DNA from: a bacterium UBP1_UBA4783
GTDB taxonomy: Bacteria > Krumholzibacteriota > Krumholzibacteriia > Krumholzibacteriales > Krumholzibacteriaceae
Reading direction: 5' to 3'
NCBI GenBank assembly: GCA_002403075.1
Contig: DHHB01000082.1
Location: forward strand, 32,213-96,212
DNA: 64,000 bases
Shown here: in pieces, positions 35,585 through 45,618 of the stretch
How positions within the stretch are numbered: position 1 is the stretch's first letter
Layout of the letters: the number at the start of each line of letters is the position of its first letter
Translations under genes and position numbers: made by a program
The notes under the pieces: generated by a model
What the model was told of the DNA's origin: nothing
Databases searched by the model: none
What the model saw: the letters and a program-made list of their open reading frames with translations, nothing else

Positions 35585-38500
35585 ATGAAGACGATAGCAT
35601 TCGCAACGATGGTCGTTCTGGGGATCCTCCTTTTCGGATCCCTCGGTCTTTCAGGCGCCGGCCGGGACCCGCTCCGCATGCCGAACGATTCGGACGGAGA
35701 CGGCGTGCCCGATCCGCTCGACCTCTGTCCGCAGGAGAACGCCTCGTTCTTCGACCGCGACGGAGACGGGTGCATCGACGACCCGGTCAGCGCGCGCCAT
35801 ACGGAATACTGGGCGCCGGATCAGATGCCGTTTACGTACTATATCCACGAGGGTGGCGCGCCCGGCGTCGGGGACGGCAGCGATTTCGCCGCGATCCAGA
35901 ACGGGATGAGCGCGTGGGCCGCCATCCCGGGCGTCGATTTCTCGGTGAGCTACGGCGGAACGACGTCGCAGGCCGTGGCGGCGGCGCTCGACCAGGTGAA
36001 CCTCGTCACCTTCAGCGACAATCAGTACCAGTTCGGGGCGGCGGTGCTCGCCGTGGGCATCTCGACCTCCTTTACGGTCGACTCCGTGTACAACGGGACG
36101 CAGTATCGTCCCGGACAGATCGTCGACGCCGATATGATATTCAATCCGCTCAAGAAATGGCGGACGCCGACCGCAGGGACGCAGGGCACGGACATCCGGA
36201 GTGTGGCGACCCATGAGGCGGCGCATCTTTTCGGCATCGCCCACTCGCCGGTGCGGACCTCGACGATGTTCTACGTGCTCCCGCCGGGAACGGAGGCGGC
36301 GAGCCTCGAGACGGAAGACGAGCTCGTATTTTTCAAGGCGTATCCCGAGGCCGGCGCCCTCGCCGCCGCGAGCCGTCTCGACGGATCCGTTCTCGACGGA
36401 TCCACGAACGCTCCCGTGCCGGGAGCGATCGTGTGCGCGATCGACGCCGCGTCGGGGGATACCGTCGCGGCGGACTACACGATGCCGGACGGCAGCTTCT
36501 GCTTCGTCGGGCTCCCGGACGGACAGTACTACGTCGCGATCCACGCCCTCGACGGGAGCTCGACCATCGGATACCTCAAGCCTGCCTACATCAATAGCCT
36601 CGTCGACACGACGGCCGTGACGGCTTTCGTCGCCGAATACTGGGATCTCGCCGAGTCGAATACGGACGACGCCGCGGCGAAGGACGTCGTTACGATCGGC
36701 CCCGCCGCGCCGCCGGGAGCCCTTGCGATCGTCACCAACATCGACAGCACGCCCCCGGAAGTCGTCTCGATCACTCCGGCGGCGAGCATGGACTCGGTCA
36801 GCATCGACGCCGCCGTCGTCATCACGTTCTCGGAGCCGATCGATTACACGACCATCAGCGGCAACTTCAGGATCCTCGATGCCGCGGCCGGAACGTTCAT
36901 CTCGGGTTCCGCGACCGTTCTCCGGGACGATTCGGTCATCGCGTTCACTCCCTACGGTCTCTTCCAGTTCGAAACGGCGTACGAGCTGTCGCTCGAAACG
37001 GGGCTCACCGACAAGAACGGCGTCGCGCTCGCGACGGAGTTCCAATCGAATTTCGTCACGGAGCCCCTGCCGCCGCTCGCCGTCATGAACCTATCGCCGA
37101 GCAAGGGGGTCGGCGGGTCGATCGTCATCGTGAACGGAGCGGGATTCTCGTGGACGGCGTCGGCGAACACGGTGCGCTTCGGATCGATGGAGGCGCCCGT
37201 GCTCGACGCCTTCCCAAACCGGCTCATCGTGATGGTTCCGGCCGGCGCCTCGACCGGTCTCGTGACGGTAGAGACGGGGGGCGAAACGAGCAACGGGCTC
37301 ACCTTCACCGTGCTCTCTGCTTTCGAAATCGCCCGAGGCTACGAGACCGGCGTGACCGAGCTCGGCGCCCTTCCGCGGGCGATCACGGTCCTGCCGGACG
37401 GCGGCTGGGCGTACGTCGCGACGGATATCGGTGCCGCGGCCGTCATCGTCGATCCCGGCCGCTCCGGATATCTCACCGTGACGTCGATACCGATGACGGG
37501 GGGTTTCGTCGCAGTCGAGGCGACGCCCGACGGCAAGCGCGTGTACGCCGCGAACGCGGTCATGGGAAGGCTCTGCACGATCGACACCGATCCGTCGCAC
37601 GGACTCCTCTTCAACACGATCATCGCGGAACATTCGGTCGGGTGCAGCCCGATCGGAATCGCCGTCGATCCGAACGGCGGCAGGGCGTACGTCGCGACGG
37701 ACGTCGGCGGCGTGCAGGTATGGGACATTCGATCCGGGAGCCTCACGTACGAGCGGCACATCGGCGAGCTCGCGCCGGGAGAATCCGGTCTTCGGGGCGC
37801 CCTCGCCGTCGATCCCGCGGGAAGCCGCCTGCTCGCGCCGACGGACCGCGGCACGCTGCTCGTGTTCGATCTCGGCGGGGATTCGCTCCTCGCGGAGATC
37901 CCCGTTCTCGGCGATCCGCAGGACGTCGTCGTCGATCCGGCCGGACAGCGCGCCTACGTGAGCGACGGGACGGGCAACGTCACCGTCGTATCCATCACGG
38001 GTCTTTTCAGGGTGCAGGATATCAATACGGGCGGATCGCTTCGCGGGATGACGCTCACGCCGGGAGGCGGCTACCTCTACGCGACGAACCGGCAGCTCGA
38101 TCTCATCGACGTGATCGATCTCAAGGAAGAGAGCCCGACCTTCCGGAGCGTCGCCGCGACGATCGCGATCGGCTCGAATCCGGTCGACGTCGCCCGATCG
38201 CCCGACGGGTTCTACGCGTTCTCCGTCGTGCAGGGCACTCGGCAGCTCATCGTCACGACGATCGGGCTCGGTCCGACGCTCGCGAGCCTTTCGAGGCGCG
38301 CGGGACCGCCGGGCGCGAAACTCGTGCTCGCGGGAACCGGTTTCGGCGTGAATATCGAAGAGCTCTTCGTCGAGTTCCCGAACGCGCTCGATCCGGCGCA
38401 TCCGATTCGAGTCATCCCGGAGTACAGCTCCGGCACGGCGATAGCGGCGGCGGTTCCCCGGGGAGCGGGGAGCGGGCCCGTGAAGGTCGTGCGAGTCCCG

Positions 38501-41500
38501 TGGAACGCCGTCCCGGGGAGCGAAGCGCACGCAACCGCGCAAGAGGAGGGCGAGCAGTTCTCCAACGCTCTCTATTTCCAGGTTCTCGACGGTTCATCCG
38601 GGACGGGAACGATGCGCCACGCCACGGGCATCGGAATGCCGCCGCTCTTCGAGCTCACGAACGAGCTCGCCTTTTCCCCGACGGGGGATTTCGTTCTCGT
38701 CGGCGGTTACGACGGGAAAGCCGCGATCCTCGACACCGATCCCGAAAGCGCCACCTTCAATCAGTTCCTGAGAACGATGGACGTATCGTCGGAGCTGCTC
38801 GAAGACATGACGCTGACGCCGGACGGAGAACGCGCCTATTTCGCCGTCCGCGGCCTCGATAGCATCCCGTGTTTCAACATGAACCGTCATTCGCCGGGAT
38901 TCGGCGACTTCATGGGCGCAATATGGGTGCCGACGATTTATATCAACAACCGCATCGCCGTGAGCCCGAGCGGCGAGCTGCTTCTCGTCACGGCGGGCGA
39001 TTCGCTCTGCGCAGTCGACATCGTGCCGGGGTCCACGAGGGAGAACGAGATCATCGGCGTCGCGATGAACCATGCGATGCCGGACGCGCTCGGATTCCAT
39101 CCCGGCGGTAGGCACGCCTATTTCGCGACCGCCGCGAACGTTCTCGGTGTCCTCGATATCGATCCGCTGAGCCCGCGGTACCTCGAAGTCATCGGCTCGG
39201 TGACGATGCCGGATACGCTGACGATTCGGCGGTTCGTGGGGTCGTTTTCATTCACCCCCGACGGCGCCCGATGCCTCGTCGTCACCGTCGCGCCGGAGCT
39301 GGCGCAGGAGGCCTGGTGTCTCTTCGTGCTCGATACGTCGGATCCCGGCGCGCCGGTGATCGAGCAGCGGATCGATTTTCCGTGCCAAAACAACATTCGG
39401 GCCATGGGAGCGGTCGACGTATCTCCCCAGGGAGACCGCGCCATCGCGGGGCTGGGTTTCTGCGCGTACTATACGGTGGATCTCCTTTCGGAGCCGATGT
39501 CCATCATCGATACGCACTTTGACTGGAGCAACATCTCCACGATGAACATGGATTTCACGCCGGACGGCTCTCGCCTCTACGCCACCGCGCCCTACGCGAC
39601 CGAAGACAGCATTTTCGTGTACGACTTCAGCAACGCCGCCGACATCGTGGCGGTTTCCGGCGACATGCAGAGCGGCGTCATCGGACAACCGCTTCCGGCG
39701 CCGCTCAGGGTGTTCGTGAGCGAGCCCGGTCTCGTGCCCGTTCCGGTGCCCGGAGTGCTCGTGAACTACCGAGTCATAGACGGCGGAGGCCATTTCACGC
39801 AGAGCGGCCTCGTGACGCAGACCGTCGCGACGGACCAAGCGGGATTCGCCGAGCTCGATTGGACTCTCGGGGACGAGATCGGCGAGCAAACGCAGATCGT
39901 CGAGGTGAGGGCGATCGGGCTCATGGGCTCCCCGCTCTATTTCGTGGCTCATTCGTATCCCGATCCCGAATCCCTGCCGCTCACGCTCTCGCAAACGGCG
40001 CCGCTCGACGGGAGCGGCACGGTGAGCGTCACGAGCGCCGTTCAGGCGGTCTTCAGCAAGGCGGTGCAGCAGGCGTCGATCTCGTCGTCGACCTTTTCCC
40101 TCCGTCGGACGGGAGCGGCGGAGGGCGTTCCCGCGAACACGGGCTTCGCCGACGGCGACCGACGGGTGGCACTCATTCCGCTCGCCGCGCTCGAATACGG
40201 CACGACCTACGTTCTCGAGGCCACGGGCGGCGTCCTCGGCGTGCTCGGCGATTCCCTCCAGAATCCCGATTCGAGCCGTTTCACGACCGCCCCGAAACCG
40301 CCGCTCGTCCTCGCCTCGGTGACGCCGCCGGCGGCGTCCGTCGGCGCGTGCCTCATCCTCTCGGGGCAGGGCTTCGATCCGTCGCCGGCGAACAACACCG
40401 TGCTCTTCAACGGGGCCGCCGTCCCGCCGACGTCGGCCGGGGTCGATTATCTGAGCCTCAAGGTGCCTCTCGCCGCGATTACGGGGCCGATCCGCGTCGT
40501 GTCGGGGGGCGATACGACGAACGCCGCGCCCTTTGTCGTGCTCGTGCCGAGCATGTCGCCCGTCGACGAGGTCGTCGCGACCGTCGGCACCGGCAACTCG
40601 ACGAACAGCGTCGCCGTGACGCCTGACGGCGCGATCGCGTACTCCGTGAGCCCGGACGGCGACATCGTCATCCCGATCGACATCGGCGGCCTCGCGACCT
40701 ATCCGAGCATCTCGGTCGGGGACAATCCCGTCGCGATCGCGATCCATCCCGAAGGCACGTACGCGTACGTCGTCAATTTCGGCTCGGGCAGCGTTTCCAT
40801 CATCGTCGTCGATCCCGATTCGGCGGCCTTCAACACCGTTGTTCAGACGATCCTCGTCGGCACGAATCCGCTCGACGTCGCGGTGAACCCGGACGGCGAC
40901 CGCGTCTACGTCGCGAACGCCGGCTCTTCGAGCCTGAGCGTGATCGACGGCGACAATTCGAGCGCGACGCATCACCAGGTGCTCGCGACGATCTCCACCG
41001 GCTCCTCGGCTAAGAGCGTGGCGGTGACGCCGGACGGCGCCGTCGTGTACGTCGGCACGGGCGCCGGCTACTCGATCGTCGACGCCGAAACGAACGCCGT
41101 CGTCGGCGCCGTCTCGACCGGCTCCTCGACGAAGAGCGTCGCGGTGACGCCTGACGGCGCGCTCCTCATCATCCTCACGGCGGGAGGCGATATCCTCGTC
41201 GTCGACGTGCAGGAGGGAAGTCCGACGGAAAACCAGGTCCTCGCGACGATCTCCGCGGGCACGACGACGAAGAGCGTGGCGGTTAGTCCGGACGGTGCGC
41301 TCCTCTACATCATCCTCGAAGACAGCGACGAGGTGATCGTCTACGCGCTCACGATCGTCGCGGGCGCCTCCGTCTTCGAGCCGGGCGTCATTATCCCGCC
41401 GACTCGCGTTGAGGTGTCGCCGATCGATACGATACCGGCCGGAAGCGATCCGGCGTATATCGCCTTTGATCCGTCCGGCTCGGGGCTTGCGATCATTTGT

Positions 41501-42751
41501 AGCGCGGGAGACAGGACGGTCATCATTCTCAACGCCTCGAGCGTGCCGATCGGGCCGCTCTCGGCGGCGGTCACGGTCACGCCGCATACCCTCAATCTCC
41601 GGTCGAACGGCCGGTGGGTGAGCGGGCGCATCGAGCTGCCCGCGGCCTTCTTCCCCGAGGAGATCGCGCTCGCGAGCGTTCTGCTCCAGAACGCGATCCC
41701 CGCTGATCCGGAACGCTGGACGATTGAGGATTGCGACGCGGACGGCATCCGCGAGCTCGTCTGCAAGTTCGACCGCGCCTTGTTCCAGGCGATGCTGCCG
41801 CAGGGTGAATACGTGCCGGTGACGATCACGGGGAACGTGAGAAACCGCACCTTCGAGGGACTCGATACGATCCGCACGATCCGCCCGACGGTGAAGCATC
41901 CGACGGGCTGCGTAGTCACCATGGGCGAGATCACGACGATCCTCTGGACCTCGCCCGCGGGAATCCGCGTCGACGCGGTCAACGTGCACTGGTCCCCCGA
42001 TGACGGCGAAACGTGGTTCCCCGTCGCCGAGGCCGTGCCGGACGAGGGCGGCGTTCCCTGGCGCGCGCCGGAAACAGAGCACGCGAACTGCCGGGTGCTC
42101 GTCACGCTCCTCCGTGACGGCGAGATCCTCGGGATGGGCATCAGCCCCGATCCCTTCACGGTAAGCGTGCCGGTCGCCGTGACCGTCGCGGGTTTTTCGG
42201 CCGTTATGCGCGGAGAGGAAGCCGCGATCCGATGGAGCACGCAGACGGAATCCGGCGTCGACGGATTCAACGTGCTGCGCGCCGATCGCGAGGACGGTCT
42301 CTTCGAGAGGATCGGCGGGGAAACGGTTCCGGCCCGCGGCGGCGCGGACGGCGGAGAGTACGAGGTTCGGGACACTGAGGTCTCGCTCAACCGGACCTAC
42401 TACTACGAGCTCGAGCGCGTGTCCCGCGACGGAAGCCGGGTCATCGCGGGTCCATTCCGTCTCGACGTGCGCGCGCCGTTCGATCTCGCGCAGAACGTGC
42501 CGAACCCGTTCAATCCGACGACGCTCATCAAGTTCACGATCGCGGAGGATTGCCGCGTGACCCTCGTCGTCTACGACGCGAGCGGACGCAGGGTTCGCTC
42601 TCTCGTCGCGCGGGATCTCCCCGCCGCGTTTTATCGCATCGAGTGGGACGGCCGCAACGACGAAGGGCGTCGCCTGTCGAGCGGCGTGTATTTCTACCGT
42701 CTGAACGCGGGACGGTTCACGAAGACGCGAAAGCTCGTGCTTCTCAGGTGA
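35585..42751 (+). CDS. Giant (2388 aa) secreted multidomain metzincin-type metalloprotease with Ig-like and beta-propeller repeat domains and a T9SS-type C-terminal sorting domain.
   Basis: Signal peptide and thrombospondin-3-like Ca-binding repeats DSDGDGVPD/DRDGDGCID. Metzincin motif HEAAHLFGIAH with Met-turn STMFY. SbsA/Big-like and IPT-like segments, then many YVTN-type beta-propeller repeats (VAVTPDGA..YV.N..S.SVID). The C-terminus NVPNPFNPTTLIKF...VYDASGRRV...WDGRNDEGRRLSSGVYFYRL matches the Por-secretion tail. RBS AAAGGAGGG is upstream. Confidence 0.8.
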   Translation: MKTIAFATMVVLGILLFGSLGLSGAGRDPLRMPNDSDGDGVPDPLDLCPQENASFFDRDGDGCIDDPVSARHTEYWAPDQMPFTYYIHEGGAPGVGDGSDFAAIQNGMSAWAAIPGVDFSVSYGGTTSQAVAAALDQVNLVTFSDNQYQFGAAVLAVGISTSFTVDSVYNGTQYRPGQIVDADMIFNPLKKWRTPTAGTQGTDIRSVATHEAAHLFGIAHSPVRTSTMFYVLPPGTEAASLETEDELVFFKAYPEAGALAAASRLDGSVLDGSTNAPVPGAIVCAIDAASGDTVAADYTMPDGSFCFVGLPDGQYYVAIHALDGSSTIGYLKPAYINSLVDTTAVTAFVAEYWDLAESNTDDAAAKDVVTIGPAAPPGALAIVTNIDSTPPEVVSITPAASMDSVSIDAAVVITFSEPIDYTTISGNFRILDAAAGTFISGSATVLRDDSVIAFTPYGLFQFETAYELSLETGLTDKNGVALATEFQSNFVTEPLPPLAVMNLSPSKGVGGSIVIVNGAGFSWTASANTVRFGSMEAPVLDAFPNRLIVMVPAGASTGLVTVETGGETSNGLTFTVLSAFEIARGYETGVTELGALPRAITVLPDGGWAYVATDIGAAAVIVDPGRSGYLTVTSIPMTGGFVAVEATPDGKRVYAANAVMGRLCTIDTDPSHGLLFNTIIAEHSVGCSPIGIAVDPNGGRAYVATDVGGVQVWDIRSGSLTYERHIGELAPGESGLRGALAVDPAGSRLLAPTDRGTLLVFDLGGDSLLAEIPVLGDPQDVVVDPAGQRAYVSDGTGNVTVVSITGLFRVQDINTGGSLRGMTLTPGGGYLYATNRQLDLIDVIDLKEESPTFRSVAATIAIGSNPVDVARSPDGFYAFSVVQGTRQLIVTTIGLGPTLASLSRRAGPPGAKLVLAGTGFGVNIEELFVEFPNALDPAHPIRVIPEYSSGTAIAAAVPRGAGSGPVKVVRVPWNAVPGSEAHATAQEEGEQFSNALYFQVLDGSSGTGTMRHATGIGMPPLFELTNELAFSPTGDFVLVGGYDGKAAILDTDPESATFNQFLRTMDVSSELLEDMTLTPDGERAYFAVRGLDSIPCFNMNRHSPGFGDFMGAIWVPTIYINNRIAVSPSGELLLVTAGDSLCAVDIVPGSTRENEIIGVAMNHAMPDALGFHPGGRHAYFATAANVLGVLDIDPLSPRYLEVIGSVTMPDTLTIRRFVGSFSFTPDGARCLVVTVAPELAQEAWCLFVLDTSDPGAPVIEQRIDFPCQNNIRAMGAVDVSPQGDRAIAGLGFCAYYTVDLLSEPMSIIDTHFDWSNISTMNMDFTPDGSRLYATAPYATEDSIFVYDFSNAADIVAVSGDMQSGVIGQPLPAPLRVFVSEPGLVPVPVPGVLVNYRVIDGGGHFTQSGLVTQTVATDQAGFAELDWTLGDEIGEQTQIVEVRAIGLMGSPLYFVAHSYPDPESLPLTLSQTAPLDGSGTVSVTSAVQAVFSKAVQQASISSSTFSLRRTGAAEGVPANTGFADGDRRVALIPLAALEYGTTYVLEATGGVLGVLGDSLQNPDSSRFTTAPKPPLVLASVTPPAASVGACLILSGQGFDPSPANNTVLFNGAAVPPTSAGVDYLSLKVPLAAITGPIRVVSGGDTTNAAPFVVLVPSMSPVDEVVATVGTGNSTNSVAVTPDGAIAYSVSPDGDIVIPIDIGGLATYPSISVGDNPVAIAIHPEGTYAYVVNFGSGSVSIIVVDPDSAAFNTVVQTILVGTNPLDVAVNPDGDRVYVANAGSSSLSVIDGDNSSATHHQVLATISTGSSAKSVAVTPDGAVVYVGTGAGYSIVDAETNAVVGAVSTGSSTKSVAVTPDGALLIILTAGGDILVVDVQEGSPTENQVLATISAGTTTKSVAVSPDGALLYIILEDSDEVIVYALTIVAGASVFEPGVIIPPTRVEVSPIDTIPAGSDPAYIAFDPSGSGLAIICSAGDRTVIILNASSVPIGPLSAAVTVTPHTLNLRSNGRWVSGRIELPAAFFPEEIALASVLLQNAIPADPERWTIEDCDADGIRELVCKFDRALFQAMLPQGEYVPVTITGNVRNRTFEGLDTIRTIRPTVKHPTGCVVTMGEITTILWTSPAGIRVDAVNVHWSPDDGETWFPVAEAVPDEGGVPWRAPETEHANCRVLVTLLRDGEILGMGISPDPFTVSVPVAVTVAGFSAVMRGEEAAIRWSTQTESGVDGFNVLRADREDGLFERIGGETVPARGGADGGEYEVRDTEVSLNRTYYYELERVSRDGSRVIAGPFRLDVRAPFDLAQNVPNPFNPTTLIKFTIAEDCRVTLVVYDASGRRVRSLVARDLPAAFYRIEWDGRNDEGRRLSSGVYFYRLNAGRFTKTRKLVLLR

Positions 42752-42783
42752 TCGCGGTCTCTTCCGAGTGGAGCGGGTTCTCG

Positions 42784-42827
42784 AAAGCCCGGTCGTCGAA
42801 TCCGGCGGGGATTCGGCGGCCGGGCTT
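42784..42827 (+). terminator. Nested GC-rich hairpin between the convergent giant protease and kinase genes; possible bidirectional terminator.
   Basis: AGCCCGG...[CGAAUCC-GGCGG-GGAUUCG]...CCGGGCU. No strong U-tract. Confidence 0.3.
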
Positions 42828-42830
42828 CTC

Positions 42831-44456
42831 TCATTCCGCCGGCCGGAGGCGCCGGAGAGCCTCCGCGGCGCCGGCCTTGTCCGTCTCCGAGCCGACGGTG
42901 CCGAGCCTGTTCCAGCACGCGGCCGCGTCCTCGCTCCGCCCCGCGCGGGTATGCCATTCGGCGAGGAGTCTCAGGAGCTCGGGGTTGTCCGGAATGATTT
43001 CGATCGCCTGCCGCCAGTACGAGCCGGCTTCCGATTCCCGGCCGAGCGCGGCGGCGGCGAGCCCGCGGTTCTTGAATAGATAACCGCGCAGCGGTCCCTC
43101 GGCGGGGTCCGTTCGCTCCCGGGCGAGTCCCTCGTCGAGAATTCGGACCGCCTCCTCGGCCTTGCCGCGCCGGACGAGCAGGAGGCCGAGGTTGTTGTAC
43201 GGCGCGGCGAGCGACGGGTCGGCGTCGACGGCGCGGCGGAAATACGTTTCGGCTCCGTCGAGATCCTCGAGCCGCCAGCGCACGTCGCCGAGGTTGTAGA
43301 GCGCGGCGGCGTAGCGGGGCGCGAGCGAGACCGCGCGCCGGAGCAGGGAATCCGCTTCGGCCAACGCGCCTTTGCGGATGTAGAGCATGGCGAGGTTGTT
43401 CAGGGGGATTTCCCAACTTCCGTCGGCGATGAGGGCCTTCTGATACTCGATCTCCGCCTCAGGCATCCGTCCCGCGTCCTCGTGCGCGTGGGCGATGGAA
43501 TCGTGGCGCGCGGCGGCGGGACGGTCGCCGCGGGGGGGTGCGCCGCGGTTCATGACGAGGGCGATCGCCACGGCGGCGACGGCGGCCGCCGGGATCGCGA
43601 TTTTGAGGAGCAAGATCGAGCGCGCGCGCGGCGCCGCCGCCGACGGCGGCCGGAGAGCGGAGCTGAGAGCGTCGCGGAACGAGCCCGCGTCCGCGAAACG
43701 CGCGGCCGGATCCTTTTCGAGGGCGCGATCGAGCGCATCGGCGATCGATCCGGGGAGGCCGGGAACGAGCTCGAGGATCGAGCGCAGCGGATCGTTCGTG
43801 ATGGCGTACATCGTGGCGAGGGGATGCTCGCCGGGGAACGCCGGCTCCCCCGAGAGCAGCTCGTACAGCACCGCCCCGAGGGAAAAGAGGTCGCTCCGGG
43901 CATCGACCGGCGTTCCCCGGACCTGCTCGGGAGACATGTAGCGCGCGGTTCCGAGCGTGGCGCCGTCGGCGGTGAGGGACGTCTCGAAGCTCAGGCGGGC
44001 GATGCCGAAATCCATGAGCTTCGCCGCGCCGTCCCGCGTGACGATGATATTCTCCGGCTTCAGATCGCGATGCACGATGCCCTCGGCGTGAAGGCGCGAG
44101 AGCGCGTCGAGGACGCCGGCGATCCAGTCAGCGGCCGTTTCCCACGGCACCGGGCCGCGATGGATCACGGCGCGAAGCGTCTCGCCGTCGACGAGTTCCA
44201 TGGCGTACCAGGGCGCGCCGCCGTCCTCGCCCGCCGCGTAGACGGTGACGATGTTCGGGTGATTGATGCGGGAGCAGGCCTTCGCCTCGCGCACGAATCT
44301 CTCGCGGGCTTGGACGCCGAGAGACTCGGGGCGGATGACCTTGAGCGCGATTTCGCGATCGAGGGCGGCGTCGCGGGCCCGGTACACGATCCCCATGCCG
44401 CCCTCGCCGAGCGTGCCGATGATGTCGTAGCCTGCGATTCTCGCCGGGTCGGTCAT
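42831..44456 (-). CDS. Ser/Thr protein kinase with a TM segment and C-terminal TPR repeats.
   Basis: Hanks motifs [22 protein letters not shown], then a hydrophobic segment and TPR-like repeats. Confidence 0.8.
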   Translation of the reverse strand: MTDPARIAGYDIIGTLGEGGMGIVYRARDAALDREIALKVIRPESLGVQARERFVREAKACSRINHPNIVTVYAAGEDGGAPWYAMELVDGETLRAVIHRGPVPWETAADWIAGVLDALSRLHAEGIVHRDLKPENIIVTRDGAAKLMDFGIARLSFETSLTADGATLGTARYMSPEQVRGTPVDARSDLFSLGAVLYELLSGEPAFPGEHPLATMYAITNDPLRSILELVPGLPGSIADALDRALEKDPAARFADAGSFRDALSSALRPPSAAAPRARSILLLKIAIPAAAVAAVAIALVMNRGAPPRGDRPAAARHDSIAHAHEDAGRMPEAEIEYQKALIADGSWEIPLNNLAMLYIRKGALAEADSLLRRAVSLAPRYAAALYNLGDVRWRLEDLDGAETYFRRAVDADPSLAAPYNNLGLLLVRRGKAEEAVRILDEGLARERTDPAEGPLRGYLFKNRGLAAAALGRESEAGSYWRQAIEIIPDNPELLRLLAEWHTRAGRSEDAAACWNRLGTVGSETDKAGAAEALRRLRPAE

Positions 44457-44487
44457 GGGCAGTCGCGATCTCTCGCCGGCGCCGCCG

Positions 44488-45444
44488 TCAGCGCCGTTCG
44501 AGGAGCCGGTTGTATTCCTGGAGCGCCTCGACGGTCCGTCCCGTTTCGGCGTAGAGACGCGCGAGGATCGTGCGCAGCGCGGCGTTATCCGGGTCCGCCT
44601 CGATCGCGAGGCGCATCTCCGCCACGGCGTCGTCGAGCAGCCGGTAGCTGAACAGCGCGCTTGCGCGAACGATACGGCGCGCCGATTCGCTCGGAGCGCG
44701 CTGAGCCTCCGCGGTCGCGAGCAGGGTGTCGAGGGATCGCTCCTCGGCGGCGGACAGCACCTCGAAGAAACCGGCCGGAGTTCTCACGGGCGGAACGCGA
44801 AGCGGGTCGGTCGTCTCGAGGGTCCAGGAGTAGATCGTGCCGGGTTCGAGGGGCGGCTCGCCGGCCGGATACTCCGCCGCGCTCGTTCCCGCGACGTCCG
44901 CTTGCCACCGAAGGCCCGATTCGTCGTAGAGCTTGAGGCGCAGCTCCGTCGACGGGTCGGCCGCGGACCATCGGAAGCGCGGATGTCCTCCGCGGACGGC
45001 CGTCCGGCACGGCGCCTCGAGGCGGATATCGTCCGTCGCCGCGCCCGAGCGGAGCGCGGCGAGCGTGCTCACGCCTTCGGCGTCCTTGAGCGTGAGAAAG
45101 CTCTGCACGGACGCGAACGTTTCGCCCTCCGCCGGCGCCGCGCGTCCCGGGACCGGTCCCCCCGCCGCCCGCACGACGAGACTGCTCGAGGCGCCGACCG
45201 TGATCCACGTGCCGTTTTGAAAATGAATCTCGGCTTCCGCTCCGGGACCGGTGCGGATTTCGTCCCCCGCGCGAAGGGAGAGGCCGTACGCGCCGGGCGC
45301 CGTCGTGCCGTCCGTACGCCGCACCGTGACCTCGCCCGTGCACGAGAGGAGGAGGGCGTCGGGCGGCTGCGTGCGGGCCTGCGAAACGGCAATCGTCGCC
45401 CCGATCGCGGCAATCATCACGAACGACGAAAGAATAGCTTTCAT
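44488..45444 (-). CDS. Secreted protein with a C-terminal TPR region; upstream partner of the kinase.
   Basis: Signal peptide MKAILSSFVMIAAIGATIAVSQA. C-terminus ...AEMRLAIEADPDNAALRTILARLYAETGRTVEALQEYNRLLE. Confidence 0.5.
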   Translation of the reverse strand: MKAILSSFVMIAAIGATIAVSQARTQPPDALLLSCTGEVTVRRTDGTTAPGAYGLSLRAGDEIRTGPGAEAEIHFQNGTWITVGASSSLVVRAAGGPVPGRAAPAEGETFASVQSFLTLKDAEGVSTLAALRSGAATDDIRLEAPCRTAVRGGHPRFRWSAADPSTELRLKLYDESGLRWQADVAGTSAAEYPAGEPPLEPGTIYSWTLETTDPLRVPPVRTPAGFFEVLSAAEERSLDTLLATAEAQRAPSESARRIVRASALFSYRLLDDAVAEMRLAIEADPDNAALRTILARLYAETGRTVEALQEYNRLLERR

Positions 45445-45618
45445 GCCGGATCCGTCCCTTTGTAAAGGCTGTGTGCGCGAATCGATCCCTTGGTGCCGTG
45501 ATGATACACCGGGGAAGCGGGGGGGCCAATAGAAAAGTGCGCCAGCGGCGACGGGCGGTTCCGGAACGGACAGGGTCCCGCGGTTGCGACGTCGAGGGCG
45601 GAGTCGGGGGAACGATCG

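Noticed and set aside
35651-42390. Many 100-940-aa ORFs antisense or out of frame inside the 2388-aa gene (e.g. 35651..37045, 37091..38542, 39248..42082, 41341..42390).
   Set aside because: The sense frame encodes a continuous, domain-rich protein with clear motifs. The others are Arg/Gly/Asp-rich artefacts of 70% GC.
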